64,000 nucleotides of DNA from Verrucomicrobiia bacterium (lineage in GTDB: Bacteria; Verrucomicrobiota; Verrucomicrobiia; Palsa-1439), in NCBI GenBank assembly GCA_052146795.1, contig JBKQMH010000106.1, positions 390 through 64,389 of the forward strand, in the 5' to 3' direction. The position numbers and the translations under genes are program-made. The notes beneath the pieces are model-generated. The model did no database searches. It saw nothing but the letters and a program-made list of their open reading frames with translations, and was not told the DNA's origin. Of this stretch, positions 28,980-38,229 are shown one piece after another; within the stretch, counting starts at the first letter, position 1; every line of letters starts with the position of its first letter.

Positions 28980-29177
28980 ATGAAACGAACCTCGAATGCC
29001 AAATCAGCGGTCAAGCGATCACCTCGAACCAAGTGCGCGTGCGCGAGCTGCCAGTGCACGGTACCGTTGAGCGGTGGTGTGCGGCGGGATAATCTGGTCT
29101 TCTGCAGCGAAGCCTGCGCTTCGCGGGCTTGTACCGTCGAATCGTGCGCCTGCGAGCACGACCATTGTGCCGCGTGA
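28980..29177 (+). CDS. Prokaryotic metallothionein (SmtA/BmtA-like)
   Basis: KCACASCQCTV...FCSEACA...CTVESCACEHDHC matches the SmtA pattern KCACxxCxC...YCSEAC; AGGAGG RBS. Confidence 0.8.
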   Translation: MKRTSNAKSAVKRSPRTKCACASCQCTVPLSGGVRRDNLVFCSEACASRACTVESCACEHDHCAA

Positions 29178-29215
29178 CGGCCGGCGCGTTCGGCACCGCA
29201 TCCGTCAAATCGCGA

Positions 29216-30022
29216 TCATCGTTTGTGACGAGCGCGTGATCGCTCTTTGTGCTTGGCCGACTCCCAAAGGGCGTCGAGTTCTTCGAGGGTACAATCTTCC
29301 AGGCGGCGGCCGCTGGCGTGGACGGCTTTCTCGATCTGCTGGAACCGCTTGACAAATTTCGTGATGCTGCGGTTCAGGAGTTCCTCCGCTTGCAGTTCCT
29401 CGAACCGCGCCAGATTCACGACCGCAAACAGCAGGTCGCCGACTTCTTCTTCGAATTGCTTGCGGCTCTTCGACGCGAGCGCGCCTTTGAGTTCGCGGAC
29501 TTCTTCCTCGACCTTGGCAATCACGTCATTGACGTGTTTCCAGTCGAATCCGACCCGCGCGACTTTGCGCTGCACCTTGTCAGCTTTCAACAGCGCGGGT
29601 AGGTGTTTCGGCAAATCTTCCAGGTGGACGATGCTGGTGGCGCCTTTCTCGGATTTCTTGATTGCCTCCCATTGCTGGAGCACTTCGGCGCTGTTGCGGG
29701 CCTGCGCCTTGCCGAAGACATGCGGATGGCGATGCACCAGCTTGTCGCTGATGGATCTGGCCACGGCATCGAAATCAAATGTCCCCTCCTCACTGGCCAT
29801 TTGCGCGTGGAAGACAACCTGCAGCAATAGATCACCGAGTTCGTCGCGGAATGCGTCCATCTTTTTTTCATCGAGGGCGTCGATCGCCTCGTAACATTCC
29901 TCGATCAGGTTGTGGCGGATGGACTGGTGGGTTTGCTCGCGGTCCCATGGGCAACCGCCCGGACCGCGCAGTCGCGCCATGATTTTCAGAAGACGGGCGA
30001 TGTTTTTGGTCTGAGTTGGCAT
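29216..30022 (-). CDS. mazG: Nucleoside triphosphate pyrophosphohydrolase MazG
   Basis: GGCPWDREQTH, EECYE, DELGDLLLQVVFHAQMA, EEEVGDLLFAVVNLAR. Confidence 0.95.
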   Translation of the reverse strand: MPTQTKNIARLLKIMARLRGPGGCPWDREQTHQSIRHNLIEECYEAIDALDEKKMDAFRDELGDLLLQVVFHAQMASEEGTFDFDAVARSISDKLVHRHPHVFGKAQARNSAEVLQQWEAIKKSEKGATSIVHLEDLPKHLPALLKADKVQRKVARVGFDWKHVNDVIAKVEEEVRELKGALASKSRKQFEEEVGDLLFAVVNLARFEELQAEELLNRSITKFVKRFQQIEKAVHASGRRLEDCTLEELDALWESAKHKERSRARHKR

Positions 30023-30167
30023 GCCGAGCCCGCTAGAATACGTGCGCCAGGTAGTGATGGCAAAGAAAATTGGGATCGCAATATCAGGTTGAGAAAACCA
30101 ACAGGGCGTTGGCCGGCGGTAGGCGTGCGGTGATACTCCTGGCTTCCGGCTTCATGTACAAAAGAAA

Positions 30168-30199
30168 AGTGAGCAGGGTGGTTAAATACCCTGCTCACT
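30168..30199 (-). terminator. Rho-independent terminator of the 30226-30561 gene
   Basis: Perfect 12-bp inverted repeat AGTGAGCAGGGT/ACCCTGCTCACT followed by a U-rich tract on the minus strand. Confidence 0.8.
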
Positions 30200-30225
30200 G
30201 AATTTGTCGTAGTACCGCTGCGTGA

Positions 30226-30561
30226 TTAAGCGCGTGACCGGCTTCCGCTGGGGAATGCCAATACTTTCTCCTCTTCGTCTGTCAGAGCTGTTCCTCGAAG
30301 TGGCGCGGCTTGTTCCTTTCGGCGTAACTCCCAGAGCCGCTCCAGTTCCGTCTCCAAGGACGCTATCCGATGCGTGCCGACTGTCGGTAGATCGTCCCCA
30401 GCATTGGCCAGTCGACTGCGCAGAAGCTGCAATTCATCAGTCACTTGTGCAATTTTCTCCAGCAAAGTGGGTTCCTTCACGGGACGCACCACCCGCGCTA
30501 GACGTCGCAACGGTGACGACCGACGGGTCTTTTTCATAGTTTTCTGTCGAGCTTTCATCAT
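30226..30561 (-). CDS. Small coiled-coil protein, DUF2630-like
   Basis: LEKIAQVTDELQLLRSR...LETELERLWELRRKEQA; own terminator. Confidence 0.55.
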   Translation of the reverse strand: MMKARQKTMKKTRRSSPLRRLARVVRPVKEPTLLEKIAQVTDELQLLRSRLANAGDDLPTVGTHRIASLETELERLWELRRKEQAAPLRGTALTDEEEKVLAFPSGSRSRA

Positions 30562-30740
30562 TTTGTATTCAATCAGACCCTTGTTTATATCAGTTGTTCA
30601 ATCGAAAACAAGCTATTTTCGGCCATTTTTCGATGAAGTATTATGTAACCATTTGATGACGCTGGTGTTACACGTTACTTCGAATGTGTAAAATAGTGGT
30701 AACCCAGTGCGTAAGAGGGGTTACCACCCACAGAAATGCG

Positions 30741-31238
30741 CTAGGAATTGAGTATGTGGCTCAGCAGTTTTTCGCCATCGAATACGAAATAGCCGCGAAA
30801 CGTCTTCCGCTTCAGCAACAACGGTAACCAGTAGCCGTCGTCCTCCCACATGTCATGGTACGGGATCTTGTCAATATCCGTCCAAATCGGAGTTGCCTCG
30901 TCCGTTTCGCACAGTTCTCCAATACAACCCCCTGCGGCAAAGACCGCAACGTGCAGCTTGTATCCGTCGAGGAATTGAAAAAAGAGTTCGCCAACGTGCT
31001 CCAAATCCGTCGGCGTGACCCCAATTTCTTCCTGAGTCTCGCGAATCGCCGACTCCAGTGCCGTCTCGCCCTTCTCAAGCCTCCCGCCGGGACCGTTGAT
31101 CTTGCCCGCGCCGAGCCCGCGCTTCTTGCGAATCAACAAGATCTGCCCACCCCGTATCACAAAGCAAAGGTTTGCATACTCGGTCGGCTTCCAGGTCGAC
31201 CAGTCGATCTGATTCACATCGACGTCAGCGGCGCTCAT
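30741..31238 (-). CDS. NUDIX hydrolase (MTH1/8-oxo-dGTPase-like)
   Basis: LIRKKRGLGAGKINGPGGRLEKGETALESAIRETQEEIG Nudix box; MWEDD. Confidence 0.9.
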   Translation of the reverse strand: MSAADVDVNQIDWSTWKPTEYANLCFVIRGGQILLIRKKRGLGAGKINGPGGRLEKGETALESAIRETQEEIGVTPTDLEHVGELFFQFLDGYKLHVAVFAAGGCIGELCETDEATPIWTDIDKIPYHDMWEDDGYWLPLLLKRKTFRGYFVFDGEKLLSHILNS

Positions 31239-31692
31239 GGTTCCTGATGTTGTGGAAGCTTCCCTCTTCACATGAGCGCACAAAGCTCTCGGTCACCGAT
31301 TTCAAGTCCTCCCACCGTGACCGGATACTTTCGGCCTCGTGCTTGCTGATATTGTTGTCCACGGCTCCGTTCGCGATCACCGAAAGCATTTCCGCAAACT
31401 CCTATACGACCCGATGCGTTGCCGGCACCAGCGAGTACGTCCGGTGCCGCGTGACCTTCGGATTCTCAATGAAAAACCCGTTCGCATGCGCGCAAATCCA
31501 CTCCACGATCCGCGCATCGTCGGCCGCGTCCACCAACGCCGCCACCCGGTCCAGCGGGTTCGTCGCCCCGCTCCCCTGCTCGGGCGGCTCGGCCCATTTG
31601 TAGACCATGGAAACCGACAGACCCATCTGGTCGGCGATGTGTTTCGGGTTATGCGTCTGGAAAACCTCGCGCAACAATTCGTGCGATTTCAT
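31225..31692 (-). pseudogene. Phage CII-like regulatory family protein with an internal TAG (31402-31404)
   Basis: HTH-like LSVSMVYKWAEP, NPLDRV; the frame continues past TAG as EFAEMLSVIA...WEDLKSVTESFVRSCEEG to a TGA overlapping the NUDIX start. Confidence 0.6.
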
Positions 31693-31840
31693 GCCGCCGC
31701 CGATGATTACAAACAAACCGCGCATTTGTAAATGACGCATCGCCCGTCTTCTGGTTCATTACCCTCAATGAGTAACAAGTCAGCAACGTCGCCGACGATT
31801 CGGGAAGAGCTTGACGCATCCACCCCGTGCACGCCATCGT

Positions 31841-32281
31841 ATGGCCGAGGTCTTGCATGACATGAGACGCGTCTGTCCAAAATGTGATGTGCCCCTGTTC
31901 ATCCTGCATTTTCGGGACCTCGAAGTCCATTTCTGCCATCAATGCCGCGGTCTCTGGCTCGATGCCGGCGAACTGGAAGCCATCATGAAACGCACGGGCG
32001 CGCAGACCACCGATCCACTGTTGAAATTTCAGGAACAGCCGGGCGTGGAACCGAAAGGCCGTCCGCACCTTTGCCCGCGTTGCGACACTGCCCTTCACGA
32101 AATTCAGGTCGAACACCGGGGCTCCCCTACCCTGACCCTCGCCAAATGTTCCCGCGGCCACGGTTTGTGGTTCGACGACCACGAATTGCAGCAGTTGCTC
32201 GCGATGTTCCCGCCCGACAGCGGTGCGGGAAAAACCATCGAGCTGTTGAACGAACTTTTTGGTGTGCAATCAAAACCTTAA
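31841..32281 (+). CDS. Double zf-TFIIB-like zinc-ribbon protein
   Basis: CPKC...FCHQCRGLWLDAGEL and CPRC...CSRGHGLWFDDHEL. Confidence 0.8.
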   Translation: MAEVLHDMRRVCPKCDVPLFILHFRDLEVHFCHQCRGLWLDAGELEAIMKRTGAQTTDPLLKFQEQPGVEPKGRPHLCPRCDTALHEIQVEHRGSPTLTLAKCSRGHGLWFDDHELQQLLAMFPPDSGAGKTIELLNELFGVQSKP

Positions 32282-32300
32282 ACGAATGAGGAGATAAATC

Positions 32301-32870
32301 ATGCCTATTGTAATCATCCTGCTACTGGTTCTGGTCGGGTTGGCATTCGTGGTGGTCTTGTGGATCGCCGGCGCCTACAACGGCCTCGTCCGCCTGCGCA
32401 ACCAACTCGAAAACGCCTGGGCGCAAATCGATGTCCAGCTCAAACGCCGCCACGACCTGATCCCGAATCTGGTCGAAACCGTCAAGGGCTATGCCGCCCA
32501 CGAGCGCGGGACCCTCGAAGCCGTCATCCAGGCGCGCAACATGGCCGTCAGCGCCAAGTCTGTCGGCGAACGCGCCGAGGCCGAGAACGTCCTGACCGGC
32601 GCGTTGAAATCCCTGTTTGCCGTCGCCGAGGCGTATCCCGACCTGAAAGCCAATCAGAACTTCCTGGCCCTCCAGGAAGAACTGACGTCCACGGAGAACA
32701 AAATCTCCTTCTCGCGCCAGTTCTACAATGACACTGTCATGACGTTCAACACGCGCATCGAAGTGTTCCCGACCAACGTCATCGCCAACATGTTCCATTT
32801 CACACGCCACGACTTCTTCGAAGTCAAGGCCGAGGAGGAACGCGAAGCACCCAAGGTGAGTTTTTCCTAA
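32301..32870 (+). CDS. lemA: LemA family protein
   Basis: YNGLVRLRN, QLKRRHDLIPNLVETVKGYAAHE, AYPDLKANQNF, RQFYND. Confidence 0.95.
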   Translation: MPIVIILLLVLVGLAFVVVLWIAGAYNGLVRLRNQLENAWAQIDVQLKRRHDLIPNLVETVKGYAAHERGTLEAVIQARNMAVSAKSVGERAEAENVLTGALKSLFAVAEAYPDLKANQNFLALQEELTSTENKISFSRQFYNDTVMTFNTRIEVFPTNVIANMFHFTRHDFFEVKAEEEREAPKVSFS

Positions 32871-32952
32871 CCAATTGTAGGGCGGGCAGCCCGGCGGATT
32901 GCCTGCCGCTGAGAAACTCCAGCGCTCCAATAACCTAATCTTCTCTTCCACC

Positions 32953-34365
32953 ATGTGGGAAACCATCGTAGCCAATCGCCGCCGTTCGGCGCTCTTGATC
33001 ACCGTCATGGCAGTGATCCTCGTGCTGATCGGCTACAGCGCTGGTATGTTGATCGGTGGCCCCGACGCCGGCGGTTTCGGCGTGCTGGTGGCGCTGGGCA
33101 TCATGACGGTAATGCTGCTCGTCTATTTCACCAGCGCCGAGTCCGTCCTCATGTATGGCACGTGTGCCCGCGAATTGAAACGTGAGGATGGCCCGCAGTT
33201 GTTCGATGTCGTTGACGAAATGTGCCTCGCCTCCGGCTTGGGGTTCACGCCCCGCATCTATCTGATCGACGATCCCGCCCCCAATGCTTTCGCCGTCGGC
33301 CGTAACCCCGAGACCAGCGCCATCTGCGTCACCACCGGCTTGATCTATCGCCTGAATCGCGACGAGCTCCAAGGTGTCATCGGCCACGAGATCGGCCACC
33401 TGAAAAACCGCGATGTGCAATTCATGACGCTCGCCGCGGTCATGCTTGGCACCATCGTCATTCTCTCCGTGATCGTGCGCCAATACTTCTGGTATGGCGG
33501 ACGCGGTCGCAGCCGGTCCAGTTCTCGTGACGGCGAGGGCCAACTGCAAATCGTCATCCTCGTCGTCGGCCTGTTATTCGCCATCCTCGGCCCGGTCATG
33601 GCGCAACTCCTCTACTTCGCCTGCTCCCGCAAACGCGAGTATCTCGCCGATGCCTCCAGCGCGCAGTTCACCCGCTATCCGGAAGGACTCGCCGCCGCTC
33701 TCGAAAAGATTTCCCAGGCGCACGTGCCGCTCACCTTTGCCAGTCAGGCCACTGCCCCGATGTTTATCGTCAATCCCCTGACCGCCGCCACGGGCGAAGA
33801 CGACAGTGTCTTCTCCTCGCATCCGCCAACCAAGGACCGCATCCGTGTCCTGCGCTCGATGACCGGCGCGTCGTTTGCCGACTACGAAGCCGCCTACCGC
33901 CGCGCCAAGGGCGGCTCGCTCATCGGCTCTCAAACAATGAAATCCGCCACGCAACAAACCATTCGCGCGCCATCAGGCGAAGGCCCGATTCAAACCCGCC
34001 GCGACACGCACGACGTGGTCCGTCGCTACCACGGCTACATGCGCCTCCATTGCAACTGCGGCCTCGATATCTCCGTTCCCGAAGGCTACGAACAGGACAC
34101 CATCCGTTGCTTCCGCTGCGGCAGCGTCCTGACCATCCCCGCCGCGGCACCCGCGCCGCCAAATGCCGCCGCCATTCCTCCAGTCATCCCGGGCATCGCA
34201 CCGCCCGTAATCTCCAGCGCTGGTCCGCTTCAATTCCACCGCACAAATCGCAACAGTTGGGAATCCTTCCGCTGCGCCTGTGGTCGAACCATTCAACTCA
34301 GCCCCGCTTTCGATGCCCCCCAAATCCGCTGCACTAATTGCGGACGGACGGTCGCGATCAACTGA
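32953..34365 (+). CDS. htpX: HtpX-like M48 zinc protease with C-terminal tandem Cys motifs
   Basis: PNAFAVG, GVIGHEIGH, SRKREYLADA, FSSHPPTKDRI; tail CNCG...CFRCG, CACG...CTNCG. Confidence 0.88.
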   Translation: MWETIVANRRRSALLITVMAVILVLIGYSAGMLIGGPDAGGFGVLVALGIMTVMLLVYFTSAESVLMYGTCARELKREDGPQLFDVVDEMCLASGLGFTPRIYLIDDPAPNAFAVGRNPETSAICVTTGLIYRLNRDELQGVIGHEIGHLKNRDVQFMTLAAVMLGTIVILSVIVRQYFWYGGRGRSRSSSRDGEGQLQIVILVVGLLFAILGPVMAQLLYFACSRKREYLADASSAQFTRYPEGLAAALEKISQAHVPLTFASQATAPMFIVNPLTAATGEDDSVFSSHPPTKDRIRVLRSMTGASFADYEAAYRRAKGGSLIGSQTMKSATQQTIRAPSGEGPIQTRRDTHDVVRRYHGYMRLHCNCGLDISVPEGYEQDTIRCFRCGSVLTIPAAAPAPPNAAAIPPVIPGIAPPVISSAGPLQFHRTNRNSWESFRCACGRTIQLSPAFDAPQIRCTNCGRTVAIN

Positions 34366-34413
34366 CACTCATCCTCGGTTGACCCTCCGTCGCGAGTCGG
34401 TTAAGACTTTGGT

Positions 34414-36294
34414 GTGATTCGCATCGCGTCACCTCCGTCCAAGCCCGTCGTGGTTTTCGACGGCGACTGTAATTTTTGCCGTCGGTGGGTTTCGCGCTGG
34501 CGCGAGGCCACCGGCAACCGCGTGGAATGCGTCCCTTTCCAAGACCCGACCGTAACGCAACGATTTCCCGAGTTACCGCGCCAGCAGTGCGAACAGTCAG
34601 TCCAACTGATCGATACGGACGGGTCAGTTTACTCAGCCGCGGAGGCTGTGTTCCGCGCACTGGCATTCTCTCCGTGCCATCGTTGGGCGCTATGGCTCTA
34701 TCAACACATCCCCGGTGTCGCGCCCGCCACGGAATCCTGTTACCGATCCGTCGCCAAACATCGCACCGGATTCTCGCTGTTCACACGCTTCTTGTGGGGA
34801 CAGCATGTCGAGCAACCCACGTATTATTTCAGCCGCTGGTTTTTCCTCCGGTTTCTCGGCCTGATTTACTTGTTTGCGTTCGTGTCGCTCTGGACGCAGG
34901 TCGATGGCCTCATTGGTAACCACGGCATCACGCCGGCCGCCCAATTCATGGAAATGGTGCGCCACTGGGCGGGCGAACACAATTATTGGGACGCTCACCT
35001 GATCGCGCCGACCCTCTGTTGGTTCAGCGCCAGCGACGCCTTCCTGCACTTCCTGTGCGCGGGCGGTACCGTCCTCTCGGTCCTCTTGATCTTCGGCGTC
35101 GCGCCCGCGCCCGCGTTGGTTTTGCTCTGGCTTTTCTACCTGTCGCTCTCGGTCGTCAGCGACGTTTTTCTCGGCTATCAGTGGGACGCGCTGTTGTTGG
35201 AAACCGGACTCCTTGCCATCTTCTTCGCGCCGCTGCAATTACGGCCGGGCCTCACCCGAGAAGCGCCGCCATCCCGCACGATGCTCTGGCTGCTGCGTTG
35301 GCTCCTCTTTCGACTGATGTTCGCCTCGGGCGTTGTCAAGCTCGCCGCGCACGACCTGACCTGGCGCGGCCTCACCGCCCTGACGTACCACTACGAAACC
35401 CAGCCGTTACCGACGTGGATCGGCTGGTACACGCACCAGTGTCCCGTGTGGTTCCAGAAATTCTCCTGCGGCATCATGTTCGCCATCGAGCTGGGCGCTC
35501 CCTTCCTGATCTTCGCGCCACGCCGTCCACGCTTCGTTGCCGCAGCCGCGATCACAACCCTGATGATCTTGATCGCCGCCACGGGGAATTACTGCTTCTT
35601 CAATCTCCTCACTGTCGCCCTCTGCATTCTGCTCCTCGACGATGCCGCGCTTCGGCGATTCGTCCCCACAGGGTGGCGGGAAGCGCACCCGAACGCCGAC
35701 CGTCTGCGCTGGTCGAACTGGATCATCGGGCCGCTGGCCACCGTCGTGATCATCGTGACCACGATGAACCTGCTCGGTGCGTTCCGCGAAGAAATCTCGT
35801 GGCCTGACCCGCTGGTGAGGCTGCATTCCCTGTTGTCCGCCACGCGAAGCTTCAATGGCTATGGCTTGTTCGCGTCGATGACCACAGCCCGTCCGGAGAT
35901 CATCATGGAAGGAAGTAACGACGGCCAGACGTGGTTACCCTACGAATTCAAATACAAACCCGGCGATCCCCTGAGACGACCCGCATTCGTGGAGCCATTC
36001 CAGCCCCGGCTCGATTGGCAAATGTGGTTCGAAGCCCTGCGCGTCGCGCGTCCGCGGACCGAGCCGAGTCCATGGTTCCTCAGCTTCTGCGAGAAGCTTC
36101 TTCGCGGTCAACCCGAGGTCCTGGCGCTCCTCAAGACAAACCCGTTTTCTGGTGCGCCTCCGCGCTATCTCCGCGCGACGGTCTACAGCTATCACTTCAC
36201 CGACCTCGCCACTCGACGCGCCACGGGCGCATGGTGGCGTCGGGAATTGTTGGGACCATACTGCCCGGTGCTGTCACTGCGGACAAATCAGTAG
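34414..36294 (+). CDS. DCC1-like thiol-disulfide oxidoreductase (DUF393) fused to lipase maturation factor family domain
   Basis: VFDGDCNFC; GYQWDALLLETG, HYETQPLPT, YQPRLDWQMWF-like PRLDWQMWF. Confidence 0.88.
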   Translation: MIRIASPPSKPVVVFDGDCNFCRRWVSRWREATGNRVECVPFQDPTVTQRFPELPRQQCEQSVQLIDTDGSVYSAAEAVFRALAFSPCHRWALWLYQHIPGVAPATESCYRSVAKHRTGFSLFTRFLWGQHVEQPTYYFSRWFFLRFLGLIYLFAFVSLWTQVDGLIGNHGITPAAQFMEMVRHWAGEHNYWDAHLIAPTLCWFSASDAFLHFLCAGGTVLSVLLIFGVAPAPALVLLWLFYLSLSVVSDVFLGYQWDALLLETGLLAIFFAPLQLRPGLTREAPPSRTMLWLLRWLLFRLMFASGVVKLAAHDLTWRGLTALTYHYETQPLPTWIGWYTHQCPVWFQKFSCGIMFAIELGAPFLIFAPRRPRFVAAAAITTLMILIAATGNYCFFNLLTVALCILLLDDAALRRFVPTGWREAHPNADRLRWSNWIIGPLATVVIIVTTMNLLGAFREEISWPDPLVRLHSLLSATRSFNGYGLFASMTTARPEIIMEGSNDGQTWLPYEFKYKPGDPLRRPAFVEPFQPRLDWQMWFEALRVARPRTEPSPWFLSFCEKLLRGQPEVLALLKTNPFSGAPPRYLRATVYSYHFTDLATRRATGAWWRRELLGPYCPVLSLRTNQ

Positions 36295-36299
36295 CGGAG

Positions 36300-36539
36300 T
36301 CAATGTCCGCACGACGGCGTTTCGGTTTCGGGTTGGCCCGAATTGAGATAATCCAGCCCTTTCTGATAACTCCGCCGTTCCAGGTAGTGCCGCAACATCG
36401 GCGCAGCATCCGGACCTAGTCGCTGTTGCAATTCCGTCACGCGGGCCAGCGCCATCGCAACGGACTCCCGGTCCTTCTCCGCCGCCGCTCGCATGAATCT
36501 CGTCAGCGCGTCACGTAATTCTTGTTCGACGCCGGCCAT
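36300..36539 (-). CDS. Small conserved hypothetical protein
   Basis: MLRHYLERRSYQKGLDYL; helical 79 aa; immediately downstream of the 36541-37398 gene. Confidence 0.6.
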   Translation of the reverse strand: MAGVEQELRDALTRFMRAAAEKDRESVAMALARVTELQQRLGPDAAPMLRHYLERRSYQKGLDYLNSGQPETETPSCGH

Positions 36540-36540
36540 G

Positions 36541-37398
36541 CTAACGTCGTACCCCCTTGAGATGCTTGCCGCGTTTCCTGCCCAGTTTGAAATCCCAGAG
36601 CAGCCAATCATCGTCGGGTACGAACTTGCGCAGTTTGCGGTCCCATTTCCTGGGCAACTCGCGGCTCAGCCTCTCCAAAAACGGCAACAGCGGCCGACGC
36701 GGCTTGTATCGGCGCTCGTGTTCATCTATGGCAATCTCGTCTTTCCACCCCAGCTTCTTTCGGTACGCGGCGAATCCAAACCCATCGAAGAAATTCTCAC
36801 CGCCCACCAACGGGACGTACCACAGGCTCGGAATGCCACGCGGATTCTCGCGAATCGGGATCTCGTTCTCTAACCGTCCCAGCAATTCCGCGCCCCGGGG
36901 ATCGTTCTTCAGGTGATCGCGCAGCTCATGCAGTGTTGGGAAATCGATCGGTGGGCTGACGAACAATACCGGCTTGTGTTGCAATGTCGCCAGGATGATT
37001 TCGTGCGGCGTGCCGACGCTGTAGATGTTCGTCGGACAATACGAAATCATGAAATCGCTCGTGTCGACCATCCGCAGATCGATGTGCAGCATCTCCCAAA
37101 ACTGACTCGCGCACCACGACCGTGCTTCTGCGCCCTTCGCCCCACCGTCGTATGTCCAGCGTCGGCGGATCCGCTCGCCGCTTTTGACGTCCTCGCGTCC
37201 GTACTCATACAGGCCGCGCACGTCGGGCTTGAACCACGGGTCGAACACCGTCACGCCCAGTGTTTCGAGGAATTCGCCGACCCGGTTGCGCCAGCCGAAT
37301 TTCTTTTCCGCGGCCCGTGAGGCCACGAAATCCATCGGCCCGGACAAGTACACGCGAGCCCCTTGCATCAAACCGGGCTGGTTGTTGGTGCGGTTCAT
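36541..37398 (-). CDS. Nucleoside 2-deoxyribosyltransferase-like (NDT-fold) protein
   Basis: RVYLSGPMDF, VFDPW, IDLRMVDTSDFMI, SVGTPHEI (NDT xGTxxE motif). Confidence 0.65.
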   Translation of the reverse strand: MNRTNNQPGLMQGARVYLSGPMDFVASRAAEKKFGWRNRVGEFLETLGVTVFDPWFKPDVRGLYEYGREDVKSGERIRRRWTYDGGAKGAEARSWCASQFWEMLHIDLRMVDTSDFMISYCPTNIYSVGTPHEIILATLQHKPVLFVSPPIDFPTLHELRDHLKNDPRGAELLGRLENEIPIRENPRGIPSLWYVPLVGGENFFDGFGFAAYRKKLGWKDEIAIDEHERRYKPRRPLLPFLERLSRELPRKWDRKLRKFVPDDDWLLWDFKLGRKRGKHLKGVRR

Positions 37399-37518
37399 GA
37401 AGGAAAGAGACTACGCGGAGCCGTCGGTCACCTCAAGCGACAAAACTCCTCGCGGACATTCCCCTCGCCCATGCCATCCACGGCATGAACTCCACGTTTG
37501 TTCCCGCTCCCGTAGCAA

Positions 37519-38229
37519 TCAGTTCTGCGGAACAGCCTGTTGCATCGCTTGGTCAAACGTCGCCGCGCCATTGGGAATCGCGCTGGCGATGAACCCGTTA
37601 CGAAACGCGTCCTGTTGGGCCGGTGATGCATCGACAATATACGACTGCAGGTACGTAACCAGTTGGCTCATGGTCAGCTTGTATTGTTTCATTCCAGCGC
37701 CCCACTGGTCGCCAACCTGATAATACCCCTGTACGTCCTGTGCCGTGTAGGTGGCCGTCTGCGAACTGTCGGCGTCCGATATGACAACCGGCGCATCGTA
37801 CGGGTAAGCCGGCGGGACAGCGTATGTGTCATCCGGCTGGATTTCGTAGTCCCCATACGCCGGACCGCCGTAATACGGGTAGGCTCCATATGGGTAGCAA
37901 TACGGGAACCCGTAGGCATAGACCAGTCCGCCATATCCATACCCGTATCCGTGCCTGTAATAATGGCCGCGTCCATAGCCCCTCCCGTAAACGCCGTGAT
38001 TACCGCCATGGAAACCGCCACCATGCGTGAACCCCCCTCGTCCGCCAAAACTCGAACGAAACGCCGTTCCCCCGTGCCCGGAATACCCGCGGGACACGGA
38101 CGCGCCATGCCCACCGCCGCCTCCTCCTTCACCGCCCCGCCCCTCGCCGCCACCTCTCGTCCCCTGCCCATACACCGAGATTGCAGGCAGGACCAACGCT
38201 AGCAGTACGCCAAGATGCCCTCGTTTCAT
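37519..38229 (-). CDS. Secreted Gly/His/Tyr-rich protein
   Basis: Signal peptide, GGHG/GYGY repeats, YPY-rich stretch, small helical C-domain. Confidence 0.6.
   Translation of the reverse strand: MKRGHLGVLLALVLPAISVYGQGTRGGGEGRGGEGGGGGGHGASVSRGYSGHGGTAFRSSFGGRGGFTHGGGFHGGNHGVYGRGYGRGHYYRHGYGYGYGGLVYAYGFPYCYPYGAYPYYGGPAYGDYEIQPDDTYAVPPAYPYDAPVVISDADSSQTATYTAQDVQGYYQVGDQWGAGMKQYKLTMSQLVTYLQSYIVDASPAQQDAFRNGFIASAIPNGAATFDQAMQQAVPQN

Noticed and set aside
30130-30155. GCCGGAAGCCAGGAG (minus strand) like the 3' end of a cobalamin riboswitch
   Set aside because: No upstream B12-box or GGGAA core; more consistent with a short GAAGCCAG-type repeat.
5773-31404. Stop-codon reassignment to Gln to explain two internal stops
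   Set aside because: TAA and TAG terminate many intact genes in this window at the expected positions.
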